Assembly (NCBI GenBank): GCA_963700235.1
Contig: CAVOWT010000005.1
Coordinates: 215,057-279,056, forward strand
Origin: an uncultured Acidimicrobiaceae bacterium
GTDB lineage: Bacteria; Actinomycetota; Acidimicrobiia; Acidimicrobiales; RAAP-2
Direction: 5' to 3'
DNA length: 64,000 bases
In this document: positions 48,746 to 58,074 of the stretch, in pieces
Position numbering within the stretch: the stretch's first letter is position 1
Layout: each line of letters begins with the position of its first letter
The notes under the pieces: generated by a model
The model's database searches: none
What the model saw: only the letters and a program-made list of their open reading frames with translations
Told to the model about the DNA's origin: nothing
Position numbers and translations under genes: made by a program

Positions 48746-49597
48746 GTGTCGGATAAGGAATCGTCCTCGCGATGCCTTGGCGTCGTGCACGTACCCAAGA
48801 CCGGAGGGTCCGCCCTACGTAAAGCCCTTCGGGAGGTCACGGGATGTTACGTGGGTCCGTTGTATTTCGACGAAGCGCAGTTCGGCTCAACTTCCTGGGT
48901 GGACGGCATTCCCACACCGAGGCGCGAGACGGTAGCCGAGCCTTCAGCGTTGGCGGGCATAGCACGAACCCATCGACTCGTCATCGGCCACTTCACCGTC
49001 GGATCGCTTCTGACCGCGGGTTGCACTGCCATCGCCATCCAGGTGCGCGAGCCGCGTGCCCGGGTGCTGAGTCTCTACCGGTTCTGGCAGGCCCAACCCG
49101 AGAACGAGCGTTCAAGCTGGGGTCCCTGGGGAACCGAGGTGCTATCGAAGTCAGACCTCCCGCTTAGAGACTTCCTTCGTTCTCCGAGCGTGTGGCCGGC
49201 GATCGAGAATGCCATTGCATTTCAAGCCTTGGCCCATCGCTCGTCGCAGCACCGCGTGTTCAGGCGCCAGACCATCTCCCGGCTTTGTACTGACCTCGGG
49301 AAACGACGAACGATCATGGATTGGAGCACGAGTTCGGAGAGGTTCCTCACGAGGGTCTGTGAGGGCCTGGGGGAAATTGCGGAGCCTTCCTTGGGTCGGG
49401 TGAACACCACGGAAGTGGTCGCAGGCGAACAGAAGATCGATAGGTCCACGCTTCGGCTCCTCACGCGCGTGACGAGCATCGACCGTCTCTTCCTCGACCA
49501 TCTGGGCGACGATGGAACTCTTCCGAAACGCTCACCGGTGGACCTCGATCTGGAGTTCGAGGCGACAGCCACAGAGTTGAACTTCCGTATAAGTTGA
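48746..49597 (+). CDS. Sulfotransferase family protein (Sulfotransfer_2-like)
   Basis: 283 aa. VHVPKTGGSAL (PAPS 5-prime-phosphosulfate-binding loop type) and VREPRARVLSLY (3-prime-phosphate-binding motif type). Confidence 0.65.
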   Translation: MSDKESSSRCLGVVHVPKTGGSALRKALREVTGCYVGPLYFDEAQFGSTSWVDGIPTPRRETVAEPSALAGIARTHRLVIGHFTVGSLLTAGCTAIAIQVREPRARVLSLYRFWQAQPENERSSWGPWGTEVLSKSDLPLRDFLRSPSVWPAIENAIAFQALAHRSSQHRVFRRQTISRLCTDLGKRRTIMDWSTSSERFLTRVCEGLGEIAEPSLGRVNTTEVVAGEQKIDRSTLRLLTRVTSIDRLFLDHLGDDGTLPKRSPVDLDLEFEATATELNFRIS

Positions 49598-49919
49598 TCG
49601 CCCGATCCTCCGTGGCCCGACCAGACGACCAAGACCCCCGCACACCTGACCCCTGATCTGCCGGCCCGCCCATCCACCACCCCTGAAACGCCACAAAATC
49701 CCAGGTCGCTTCCGACCCCAATCGCCAGCGCCGCCCGTCACGGCCAGTGGTGGACCCTAGGCCCTTGCCCCCTTCCCAGCCCCCCCACGAAAGGCTCTTC
49801 GCCAAAATTTCACTTCGGCTCAAATCGCGCGCGCACCGCCTCGCCCCTGGTCCCGGGCCTTGTCTGCCTTCCCGCCCCCGGGACCCGTCCCGGTCGATGC
49901 CGTCGGTCCTGGCCTTCTC

Positions 49920-49942
49920 GCCGTGGGCACTGCCGTGGGCAC
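49920..49942 (+). repeat. Duplicated tRNA-Arg 3-prime-end fragment (att-like direct repeat)
   Basis: CTGCCGTGGGCAC at 49930-49942 is identical to 26900-26912 (last 12 nt of the tRNA plus 1). It is preceded by a second tandem GCCGTGGGCAC (49920-49930) and followed at once by element B1. Confidence 0.8.
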
Positions 49943-49943
49943 C

Positions 49944-50179
49944 ATGTGATCTCGCGAGGGGAGAGAAGGGCCTAGGGCCGCGAGTGGAACAAAACTGCCG
50001 CGGACAGGGCTCCGACGCCAGGGGACCGGACCGCAGCAGGCCAGACGCCGGGGCAACCGGCGCCCGGCCGGAGTGGGAAGGCGCCAGACGGCCAGGCGGC
50101 GGGAGGGCCCCACCGGAAACGCGGAGGGCAGGCGGCGGGGAGGGGCTTGGAAGGTCCTTATTGGGTGCCCCTCAACGGC
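49944..50179 (+). repeat. GC-rich junction element, copy B1
   Basis: Head ATGTGATCTCGCGA-GGGGAGAGAAGGG. Tail GAGGGCCCCACCGGAAACGCGGAGGGCAGGCGGCGGGGAGGGGCTTGG, then TTATTGGGTGCCCCTCAACGGC. An inverted copy lies at ~57865-58074. Confidence 0.8.
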
Positions 50180-50252
50180 TGTGTCCTCAACCGGTCATCG
50201 CAACACCCCACTGATTGGCGAACAATGAGTTCGTCGATCAGGAGGTGTCAAA

Positions 50253-51383
50253 GTGTGGAAGCGTTTTCGGAGGAAGACCAGAAGACGATCTGGGACATGC
50301 CGGACGAGGGAGTGCCCCGTCAAACGCATTGCCAAGCATCTGGGGCGGCAGAACGTGTCACTCAGGAAGTTCATCGCTGACCACGGCGGAAGGCGACCTA
50401 CTCCCCGGGAACGATCGGAACTTCGTCTATCGCTCCAGGAACGCGAAGAGATCTCCCGAGGTCTGGCCGCTGGTCTGTCTATCCGGGCCATCGCGGCGGG
50501 ATTAGGGCGGTCTCCTTCAACTGTTTGTCGTGAGGTGAACAGCAACGGTGGCCGGCGAAAGTATCGAGCGCTCCAGGCTGACCGAGCAGCTCTGAAGCGG
50601 GCATCGCGTCCCAAGAGGGCGAAACTCTCCGCCGGCGGCTGCGCTCGACGGTTGAACGGAAGCTCGAGGCCAGGTGGTCACCGGAGCAGATCTCGGCGCG
50701 GTTGGCTGACACCTACCCCGACCGCCCGGAGATGCAGGTGTCCCACGAGACCATCTACCAGTCCCTCTTCGTCCAGGGCCGTGGTGCGCTGCGAAAAGAG
50801 CTGCACACGTGCCTAAGTGGTTCTACCCACAGACCTTGTTGACGCGGAGATCCCCCAGATGAAGTGAGCCCCCGAGGCAGTGTGGAGCTGTCTACACAAC
50901 CACACAGCCCCCGGGAGGCTCACCATGCACCGTAATGCTCCACTTGCACCTGAAGGCCGACTCCGCCTTTGCAACCTGATCGAGCCCCACAGTCGATACG
51001 TCATCCTCTTGAGGCTTCCCAACGGGCACGGGGCCGAGTCAGTACGAAAAGTGATGACCAAACGCATCCTGACCCTGCCGGCCCAGCTGCAACGATCGGT
51101 CACCTGGGATCAAGGCAAGGAAATGGCCGAACACGTCCAGTTCACCGTCGACGCCGGTGTCGAGCTCTACTTCTGTGATCCGAAGAGCCCATGGCGACGC
51201 GGAAGCAACGAGAACACCAACGGACTGCTCCGTCAGTACTTGCCCAAGTCGGCCGATCCTTCCCAATGCACCCAACGAGAACTTGACGCCATCGCACGCT
51301 CACTCAACACACGCCCTCGACAGACCCTCGAATGGATGACACCATCAAAGGCGTTCGCCGATGCCGCTGCGATGACCGGTTGA
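50253..51383 (+). mobile_element. IS30-family transposase remnant (frameshifts plus internal deletion)
   Basis: HTH region ..LSLQEREEISRGLAAGLSIRAIAAGLGRSPSTVCREVNSNGG.., then ..WSPEQISARLADTYPDRPEMQVSHETIYQSLF in another frame. The catalytic C-terminus ..SRYVILLRLP..VTWDQGKEMAEH..YFCDPKSPWRRGSNENTNGLLRQYLPK.. is ORF 50880..51383. The segment that should carry the GHWEGD motif is missing. Confidence 0.8.
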
Positions 51384-51433
51384 GGGCATAGCACATTCGG
51401 GCGACTGGATAACGACCGAATCCGGCGTTCAAA

Positions 51434-52219
51434 TCAGGCGTTGAAGTGACGCTTCACGTCCGGCGCATGGCTAACACATTCGTCGACATCAGTTGTTGGC
51501 ATTCGGATCCAACATTTCTCAACCTCGCGATGACTCGGAATGGGTCCGAACGGATCTGTCTGTGCTCGGAGGAAGGTGATAGCCGCGGTTACCCTCCGAT
51601 CGGCACCGCAGTTGAACGGGCCCACCTTGATGAAGATGGAGGTGATGCCTTTTTCGATGGATTTCGTCGAAATGTTCAGTGCCTCAGCGATTGCCTTGTT
51701 GGACAAGCCGCGGGCCAAGTGCGCCAAGATATCGGTCTCCCGAGAGGTGAGGTCATTCATACCCGTTCTGTCGCCACGCCTAATGAAAGAGTCGACGACA
51801 CTCGGATCCATTACCGATTGCCCGGCCTTCACATCCCGTAGAGCTCCGACGAGTGTTGCGATAGAAGGAAGTCGCTCGTCGAACAGGAATGCGATCCCCG
51901 ATGATCCATCCCGGAACACATCGAGGGCGAATCCCTCGCAGCGATCGGAGACCACAGCAATCCCCAGCTCCGGGTGCAACGTCTTCAACCGACGGAGGGT
52001 CTCGACGGCAACCGATGTCGTGACGACCTGGGCCCGGACAGTAACGATAACCGCCTCTGGATCCAGCGTTTCGGTCATACAGAATAGATTGTCCATCCGG
52101 TCAGTCCGTCCCACCACCTCGACTCTGGGCACTCGAGCCAGGAGCGAAACAAGCCCGTCACCGATTAGAACACTGTCAGACGCGATTACCACCGTGAGCG
52201 GATCCGCCTTGGTCGACAC
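51434..52219 (-). CDS. LuxR/NarL-type regulator with atypical receiver domain (paralog of 38520..39311)
   Basis: 261 aa. LTSRETDILAHLARGLSNKAIAEALNISTKSIEKGITSIF (LuxR HTH). Receiver-like N-terminus has VVIASDS and AVIVTVRAQ in place of the acidic pocket and phospho-Asp. Confidence 0.75.
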   Translation of the reverse strand: MSTKADPLTVVIASDSVLIGDGLVSLLARVPRVEVVGRTDRMDNLFCMTETLDPEAVIVTVRAQVVTTSVAVETLRRLKTLHPELGIAVVSDRCEGFALDVFRDGSSGIAFLFDERLPSIATLVGALRDVKAGQSVMDPSVVDSFIRRGDRTGMNDLTSRETDILAHLARGLSNKAIAEALNISTKSIEKGITSIFIKVGPFNCGADRRVTAAITFLRAQTDPFGPIPSHREVEKCWIRMPTTDVDECVSHAPDVKRHFNA

Positions 52220-52409
52220 GCACTCATTCCCTTATGCCAACAGGTCGCAATAGCTGTTGCCCAGCACGCGACCTCTCTGTCACCATACGCTCCCCCCTCC
52301 CCGTTATTCCGCATCCACGTGAAAGCTGGCACTGTGCCAGGTACGAACAGGGCCTTCGCCCTCCAAAGACTTAGGCCCTACCCTCCATCATCCGTGTGGC
52401 ACAGTAGGG

Positions 52410-52691
52410 CTAGGGCCCTGGCGTGCCGGTGCGATCCTCGTCATGGACACGGTTGAGAGGGATATCGAAAGTGGTGTAGGCGTGAAATGCCAACCGGTTA
52501 CCTGGGACGGGGGGTCTCCCGCCGTATCGTGCGACCACGATGGGTGCCGGAATGAAAAGATGCTTGACGAAAAACCGATCAGCCTTGAGGCTAAGGAACT
52601 CCACGACTTCGTCCATCGTCAAGGCCGATGGGCCCGGGGTGGACTCAGGGCGCGTCACGACCTCCCCGTGGTAGTCCAGGTTCAGAACCAA
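52410..52691 (-). CDS. Hypothetical protein; a related fragment lies at 36860..37048 (-)
   Basis: 93 aa. ..LTMDEVVEFLSLKADRFFVKHLFIPAPIV.. resembles MTVDEVVQLVLRLKVGQFVVELLVIFMVV at 36860-37048. No family recognised. Confidence 0.35.
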   Translation of the reverse strand: MVLNLDYHGEVVTRPESTPGPSALTMDEVVEFLSLKADRFFVKHLFIPAPIVVARYGGRPPVPGNRLAFHAYTTFDIPLNRVHDEDRTGTPGP

Positions 52692-52861
52692 GACTGATCG
52701 CTCAGCCGGCTCGTCGAAGGGTGACTCCTATCACCGGGTCAGGGGGATACCCACAGTGCTGCAAAGCGGCATCGTCGGAATTGGTTTCGTAAATCGGTCG
52801 AGTCCTTCGTCGGACGGACCTGGAGCCCGGTGGAGAGTCAGCCATATTGTTTGGACTCTGT

Positions 52862-53474
52862 TCAAAGGGGAGTGCCGGTCAGCCGACCGCTCGGGACCGT
52901 CCGTCCGCACATAACGAGCGCTAGGTCTTCGGCTGCTCCTCTCAGTAGCTGTCCTGATCCGTAGGACCAGGCAAGGTCGGTGGCCTGGAAGAGCCGCCCT
53001 CCAATGTCCGTGCCAAAGTGCTCGTGACCGTTTCCCTTGGTGAGGTCGTCAAGTACAACACGGATTGCAATCATCAGAGACAATGCGCGTCTCACCGACG
53101 GGCACGGTCACGTCGAGACCATGGATGACCGCGTGGTTGAGGGCTCCGTGGTAGCCCCCTCCGGGTGGAGTCCAATGGTGGAGCACGTCCGAGCCCAGGT
53201 CGGCGACAAGTTGGGTAGTTGGAAGCTCCGCATCCTTGCTGGCGATCTCATTCGACAGACAAGTGAAGTCGTATCCGCAACGCTCAAGCTCTGCTATGAA
53301 CTCGCCCTCCGAATACCGAACCGGCATGGTCATGTGAGCAACCACTTCGCGAACCCGCCAACCGGCACAGAGCGATTCTGTATCCCACGTTGCATCGGAG
53401 GCAGTTGAGAGTAGACCGGAAAGGGCCAAGAACTGAGCGGCCACCGCGGCTTGCAGTTCAGCATCATCGATCAA
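52862..53474 (-). pseudogene. DinB/mycothiol-dependent maleylpyruvate isomerase-like (TIGR03083-type) protein, one frameshift
   Basis: N-terminal ..SLCAGWRVREVVAHMT..HHWTPPGGGYHGALNHAVIHGLDV.. (ORF 53049..53474) continues in another frame as ..AIRVVLDDLTKG..ATDLAWSYGSGQLLRGAAEDLALVMCGR (ORF 52862..53095). Confidence 0.65.
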
Positions 53475-53755
53475 GCGGTCACCCCTGGGTCTCGAACCTT
53501 CAGATCTCGGAGACTCCGATGGTGGACAGTCTCGGATCTCAGCGATGTACCCGAACAGGGTATCCCCGAACGCTTAATGCACGTATGATCCATTTGGTAT
53601 CTCAGTGAGGACCAGTCGGCTTCTCTCTTCTTCAATCCGCCTCCAGGGCCGAAGAGAAGTGCCAATGCGTCGACTTGGACGGTCTCATCGAATCCGAGCT
53701 GATCATCGATGATGTGGAGGGTTGCTTTTCTCTCATCGGACATGCCTTCCTCCTT

Positions 53756-55894
53756 TCATCGGTGGTTGATGTTGTGAGCGGCGAGATCCCAACCGGGGCT
53801 CTTGGCATCGTCGGCGCAGTGCCCAGCTGGCGATGCGAGGATTCGGATGGCGTCAATGTCGCTGGCGATCCCGATGAGGACAAGTTCATCCCCGCCTTCC
53901 AGCACTGTGGACCCCTCGGGCACGACGAGGTCTTGATGCCTTTGAATGGTGGTCACGATGATGCTGATGGGCAACCTTGCCTCGCGAAGAGATCGTCCCG
54001 CCAGCGGGGACCCGGCCTCGATGAGCACCCGGTCTGAGCCAGTTGGCTCGCCCTCGGCATTCACCCGTTGCAGGCTGGCCAGGAGACCCAGGCGGTAGCC
54101 CCTGACCACATCGGACGTGGCAATCGTGCCGACCACCCTCCGGTCCGAGTCAAGGACCGAAACCCAGTGCTGGGCCGAGGTAGTCATGGCATCAACTGCG
54201 ACATCAAGGAACGCGGACTCCGACACCGTCGCTGCCGACACATCCACGACCGATGCGAGCCGCCACTCGGGACCTTCCTTGGCCTCGTCGAGGCTGCTCA
54301 AGGAGACTGTGCCTTCGAACCGGCCCTGTTCGTCCACGACAGGCGCCTCGGCCAGCCCGTGCTCTATGAGCTTCTGACGAGTGGTCCCCGCCGACGTCCC
54401 GCCCGTGATGATCAGTCGGGGAGGCGCCATGGCCTGGCGGACCGGGACGCTGGCCAAGACGGGCATGCCCATCAAGAGCCTCTTGGCTGGGGCGTCGGCC
54501 CGTGACTTCAGTTGGCTTCGGTAGATGGTGTCGTCAGTTCGGCGCACGATGAACCACGCCAGCCCGACAGCGATCATGGCCGGACCGAGGATGGAGAGGC
54601 TCCCGGTCATCTCGGCCACCATCAGCATCACGGCCAGCGGCGCACGGGAGATCCCGCCGAAACAGCACATCATCCCAATGATCACGTAGGGCGCTGGGTT
54701 GTGGCCCATGGAGGGGATAACCGGTTCGAACAGTCGCCATACCGAGGCTCCGATAAAAGCACCGATGACCAGGCCGGGTCCGAAGATGCCGCCGGAACCC
54801 CCAGAGCCGATGGAAAGGCCGGTGGCCAGGATCCGGGCGAACGGCAGAATCAGAACGATCCACAATGGCAGAGTCAGTAGCTGACGACCGAGGCCCTGTT
54901 GAATCCATCCGTATCCGGTCCCGAGCACTTCAGGAATGGCCAAGGCCATGAGCCCGACAATCACTCCACCGACCGCTGGCTTGATCCAACGGGGGCTGTG
55001 CATCCGCCCGAAGAGGTCAGCGATGCCATAGAAGCTCTTGGCGTAGAGAAGGCCGATCAATCCACCGAGCACTCCTATCAGTGCGAACCACGGCAAACGA
55101 GCGGGGTCGGTGAAGTGGTAGCTGCCGGCGAAGCCAAAGATGGGCGTGAAGCCCACCACGGCACCGAAGATGATGTAGCCGACAAACGAGGCCACGAAAC
55201 TCGGTAGGAGTGCCTCTGCGTCGAAGTCATCTCGGTAGAGGATCTCGGTGGCCAAGACCGCCCCGCCGAGCGGGGCGCCGAAGATGGCCCCGATCCCCGA
55301 ACCGATCCCAGTGACAACTGCGACGCGGGCGTCGGCTGGACTGAGATCCAGCTCTCGGGCCAGTAGGGAAGCAAAGCCGGCGCTGATCTGGCCGGTGGGG
55401 CCCTCTCGACCTCCCGAGCCGCCCGAGCCGATGGTGAGGGCCGACGCCACGATCTTGACGATGACGGCGCGGAAGCGGATGCCCCGAGGATTGTGATGGA
55501 CGGCCGAGATCGCCGCGTCGGTACCGTGACCCTCCGCTTCGGGAGCGAAACGAAATACGAGGATCGATCCCAACAATGCTCCCAGTCCGACAACCAGTGG
55601 GAGCGCCCAAGGTCGGGCGAAGGACGCCGAAGCCCTGTGTCCGCCTTCACCGACCGGAGTTGGCACGTGGTAGCCGGCCAGTGTCCCGAGGAAGAAGTGG
55701 GTGCAGGCCAGGAGCACTTCGTAGAACACGACGGCACCGACGCCGGCCATGGTCCCGATAAGCACACCGAGAATCAACCACTTCTGCAGATAGGACGCAC
55801 CACCCAGCCACCGTGATGAACGGGTCATCATGGCCCGCCATGAGGTCCGACGGAAGACGGTCACGGCTTCTGATGTCCCATCTAGAGATCCCAT
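53756..55894 (-). CDS. ClC-family chloride channel/antiporter with C-terminal CBS pair and TrkA-C (RCK_C) domain
   Basis: 712 aa. GSGGSGGREGP and GGIFGPGLVIGA selectivity-filter-type motifs, about 10 or more TMs, two CBS-like repeats (..APVVDEQGRFEGTVS.., ..VSVLDSDRRVVGTIA..), then ..RVLIEAGSPLAGRSLREARLP..VVPEGSTVLEGGDELVLIG. The start may be internal (55831). Confidence 0.85.
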   Translation of the reverse strand: MGSLDGTSEAVTVFRRTSWRAMMTRSSRWLGGASYLQKWLILGVLIGTMAGVGAVVFYEVLLACTHFFLGTLAGYHVPTPVGEGGHRASASFARPWALPLVVGLGALLGSILVFRFAPEAEGHGTDAAISAVHHNPRGIRFRAVIVKIVASALTIGSGGSGGREGPTGQISAGFASLLARELDLSPADARVAVVTGIGSGIGAIFGAPLGGAVLATEILYRDDFDAEALLPSFVASFVGYIIFGAVVGFTPIFGFAGSYHFTDPARLPWFALIGVLGGLIGLLYAKSFYGIADLFGRMHSPRWIKPAVGGVIVGLMALAIPEVLGTGYGWIQQGLGRQLLTLPLWIVLILPFARILATGLSIGSGGSGGIFGPGLVIGAFIGASVWRLFEPVIPSMGHNPAPYVIIGMMCCFGGISRAPLAVMLMVAEMTGSLSILGPAMIAVGLAWFIVRRTDDTIYRSQLKSRADAPAKRLLMGMPVLASVPVRQAMAPPRLIITGGTSAGTTRQKLIEHGLAEAPVVDEQGRFEGTVSLSSLDEAKEGPEWRLASVVDVSAATVSESAFLDVAVDAMTTSAQHWVSVLDSDRRVVGTIATSDVVRGYRLGLLASLQRVNAEGEPTGSDRVLIEAGSPLAGRSLREARLPISIIVTTIQRHQDLVVPEGSTVLEGGDELVLIGIASDIDAIRILASPAGHCADDAKSPGWDLAAHNINHR

Positions 55895-56373
55895 CCCGTC
55901 GACCAGTCCTGCTCGGGTACCTCGCCGGCAGCGGCGGTGAGGCGCTGCAGCGAGTCGACCAGCGCGGCCTGTTGCTCGGACGGGATCGCCTCTAGGAGGT
56001 GGGCGATTTCCACCCGTCTCCTCTTAGTCACGTCATTCACCAGCTTGTGACCCTTTTTGGCCAAAGAAAGCCGGATCAGACGCCGGTCGCCCCGGTCGTG
56101 ACGGCGCATGATCAAACCCTTCTTGAGCAAGCGATCGCACATCCGAGTTGCGGTCGGCGGTGTCACATCGATCGCTTCGGCCAGCTCGGCCAGGCTCTGT
56201 GGGCCACGGGAGGCCAGGACAACCAAGGTGCGGTACTGGGTGAGCGTCACCTCTTCGGCCACGTCCCCAAGGGAACGGGCGGCCACGGCCACGAGTACTC
56301 GGCTGGCACTCAGCACGGCGTCGACGATGAGATCCCGACGAACTTCGACAGCAGGTCTGGTCTTAGTCGGCAT
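55882..56373 (-). CDS. MarR-family transcriptional regulator
   Basis: 163 aa. ..LTQYRTLVVLASRGPQSLAELAEAIDVTPPTATRMCDRLLKKGLIMRRHDRGDRR.. winged helix. Overlaps the ClC ORF start by 13 nt. Confidence 0.85.
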   Translation of the reverse strand: MPTKTRPAVEVRRDLIVDAVLSASRVLVAVAARSLGDVAEEVTLTQYRTLVVLASRGPQSLAELAEAIDVTPPTATRMCDRLLKKGLIMRRHDRGDRRLIRLSLAKKGHKLVNDVTKRRRVEIAHLLEAIPSEQQAALVDSLQRLTAAAGEVPEQDWSTGWDL

Positions 56374-56493
56374 ATACTAATGATTGTAGTAGCTAATCGA
56401 TGGCGTACGTTCCACTGCCAGCTCGTGTCTGACCGCAAAGCGCAAGTCCGGGGCAGCCTGGCTGCGACGCCTACAGCAGGAAGGCAACAAACT

Positions 56494-56721
56494 ATGGCGA
56501 ACCCGGGAGATGATCTTTGGGACGCCTATGTCGAGACCAAACGAGATGCTCTGACGGTCGTCATGAGAAGAACCTTTGAGGCCCACCACGACGATCCGAT
56601 GCAAGAGGTCATGGTGGGTCTGCGTCAAGAGCTTGAGCGGATCGGTCTTCCGGCTTCCGATACCTGGATGCTCCCTTATGCGGAAAGCATCTCAGGGGGG
56701 TATCAGGTTATGTTGAAGTAG
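56494..56721 (+). CDS. Hypothetical small protein
   Basis: ATG 56494 (CAGGAAGG ~11 nt upstream) within ORF 55999..56721. 75 aa MANPGDDLWDAYVETKRDALTVVMRRTFEAHHDDPMQEVMVGLRQELERIGL.. Divergent from marR. Confidence 0.4.
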   Translation: MANPGDDLWDAYVETKRDALTVVMRRTFEAHHDDPMQEVMVGLRQELERIGLPASDTWMLPYAESISGGYQVMLK

Positions 56722-56771
56722 CGACCCATTCCAGGTCGGAAAACGCTCCCTACCGTGTGACTGCGTGGCTG

Positions 56772-57773
56772 TTAGGCAATCGCAAGCAGCGTTACAACAA
56801 ATCCTGCGTAGCCAAGGATGATCAGCCATCCTGACCATGGACGCAAACCCCGTCCGGCATATGCCAGTGCCAGTGTTAATACCGTAAGGCCCACGTACCA
56901 CCCAGCGACGACGAAATCCACACCCGACAGGTGAGTCAAACCAATGAAGATCGCCGGGAGTAGAAGACCAACCGCCACATTTAGGGTATTGCTGTTTAGC
57001 CCCGTGCTTAGCGCTGCCTCTCCTCTTCCATTTCGCGCCAAGTGCACTGCGGCAACGGCATTTGGCAAACTAGTCACGGCCGCAAGTACCAGAGCGCCAA
57101 TGACAATCTCGGCAATGCCGAAGTGAAGACCGAGCGAGGACGCTCCTCGCTCCATTGCCACGCTTGCGGCGACAACAACCACAAGCGACATGCCGGCAAC
57201 CAGTATGTCAACAGGCCTGCCTCGTTGCGGGCGGATAGCGACCACAAGCTCCAACTCCTCTTCATCGACGGCCGAAAGAAGCCATCTCTTCCACCGCGAA
57301 GGGAAAGGGAACCGTCGAAGACCCGTGCGGTGTGCGGCGAGCAGCACAACATAAGGAAGCAACACAACGAGAACGAGCATGAATCCAACGGTGGGCCCGA
57401 CCACAGCAGTAACAGTAACGAGACAAACGAATGCCACCCACAGAGCGACCGTGCCGCCGAGCCAGATCACTTTCCGATGAAGTCCGAATCCTCCGGCGAC
57501 CACAGCCCCAAGACCCAACAACGCAGCAAGATTGAAAACGTTCGATCCAATGACGACCCCGGCCCCTACCGCTCGCTCGTTGTGGGCGAGCGCCGTGATC
57601 GAAGCCGTGATCTCCGGCGCGTCGGCGGCGAGTGCGGCAACCATTCCGAGCAAGGCCTCCGAAAGGCCCACCCGCTCACCGACGCGCTCGAGTCGGGAAA
57701 CCACTACCCAACTCATCCCCAAGCTGACAACTGCACCGGCGACAAATTCGTCAATTGAGACTCCGACTCCCAC
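56772..57773 (-). CDS. Ca2+/cation antiporter (CaCA family, YrbG-like)
   Basis: 333 aa with two alpha-repeat motifs (GSNVFNLAALLGLG and NSNTLNVAVGLLLP) and about 10 TMs. Confidence 0.8.
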   Translation of the reverse strand: MGVGVSIDEFVAGAVVSLGMSWVVVSRLERVGERVGLSEALLGMVAALAADAPEITASITALAHNERAVGAGVVIGSNVFNLAALLGLGAVVAGGFGLHRKVIWLGGTVALWVAFVCLVTVTAVVGPTVGFMLVLVVLLPYVVLLAAHRTGLRRFPFPSRWKRWLLSAVDEEELELVVAIRPQRGRPVDILVAGMSLVVVVAASVAMERGASSLGLHFGIAEIVIGALVLAAVTSLPNAVAAVHLARNGRGEAALSTGLNSNTLNVAVGLLLPAIFIGLTHLSGVDFVVAGWYVGLTVLTLALAYAGRGLRPWSGWLIILGYAGFVVTLLAIA

Positions 57774-57864
57774 GTCGGCTCCGTTTCGCTGTTGAATACC
57801 TTGCCGACGAGGTCTCCCGGCTATCCGCGCTGTAATCTACCAATTGGTCAATTGCCGCATGGAT

Positions 57865-58074
57865 CCAAAAGGGAGTGCCCGCCCACAACCTTCGCCAAAC
57901 TCCTCAACCCTCTCCCGCCGCCTGCCCTCCCGGCCGCCTGGCCGTCTGGCGCCTTTCCACTCGGGCCGGGCGCCGGTTGCCCCGGCGTCCGGCCTACTGC
58001 GGTCCGGTCCCTTGGTGTCGGAGTCCTGTGCGCGGCGGTTTTGTTCCACTCGCGGCCCCAGGCCCCTCTCTCCC
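57865..58074 (-). repeat. GC-rich junction element, inverted copy B2 (with ~21-nt internal deletion)
   Basis: The reverse complement matches B1 (..CCGCCTGGCCGTCTGGCGCC..GTTTTGTTCCACTCGCGGCCC.AGGCCC.TCTCTCCC) but lacks the CCACCGGAAACG tail motif. It is followed at 58075-58108 by a direct-orientation head, ATGTGATGTCGCGAGGGGATAAGGGATAAGGGGG. Confidence 0.75.

Noticed and set aside
50253-51383. Programmed ribosomal frameshifting as the explanation for the split IS30 transposase
   Set aside because: IS30 transposases are normally a single ORF. Here there are several frame changes plus a missing internal segment (the region that should contain the GHWEGD motif). This is a remnant, not a recoding site.
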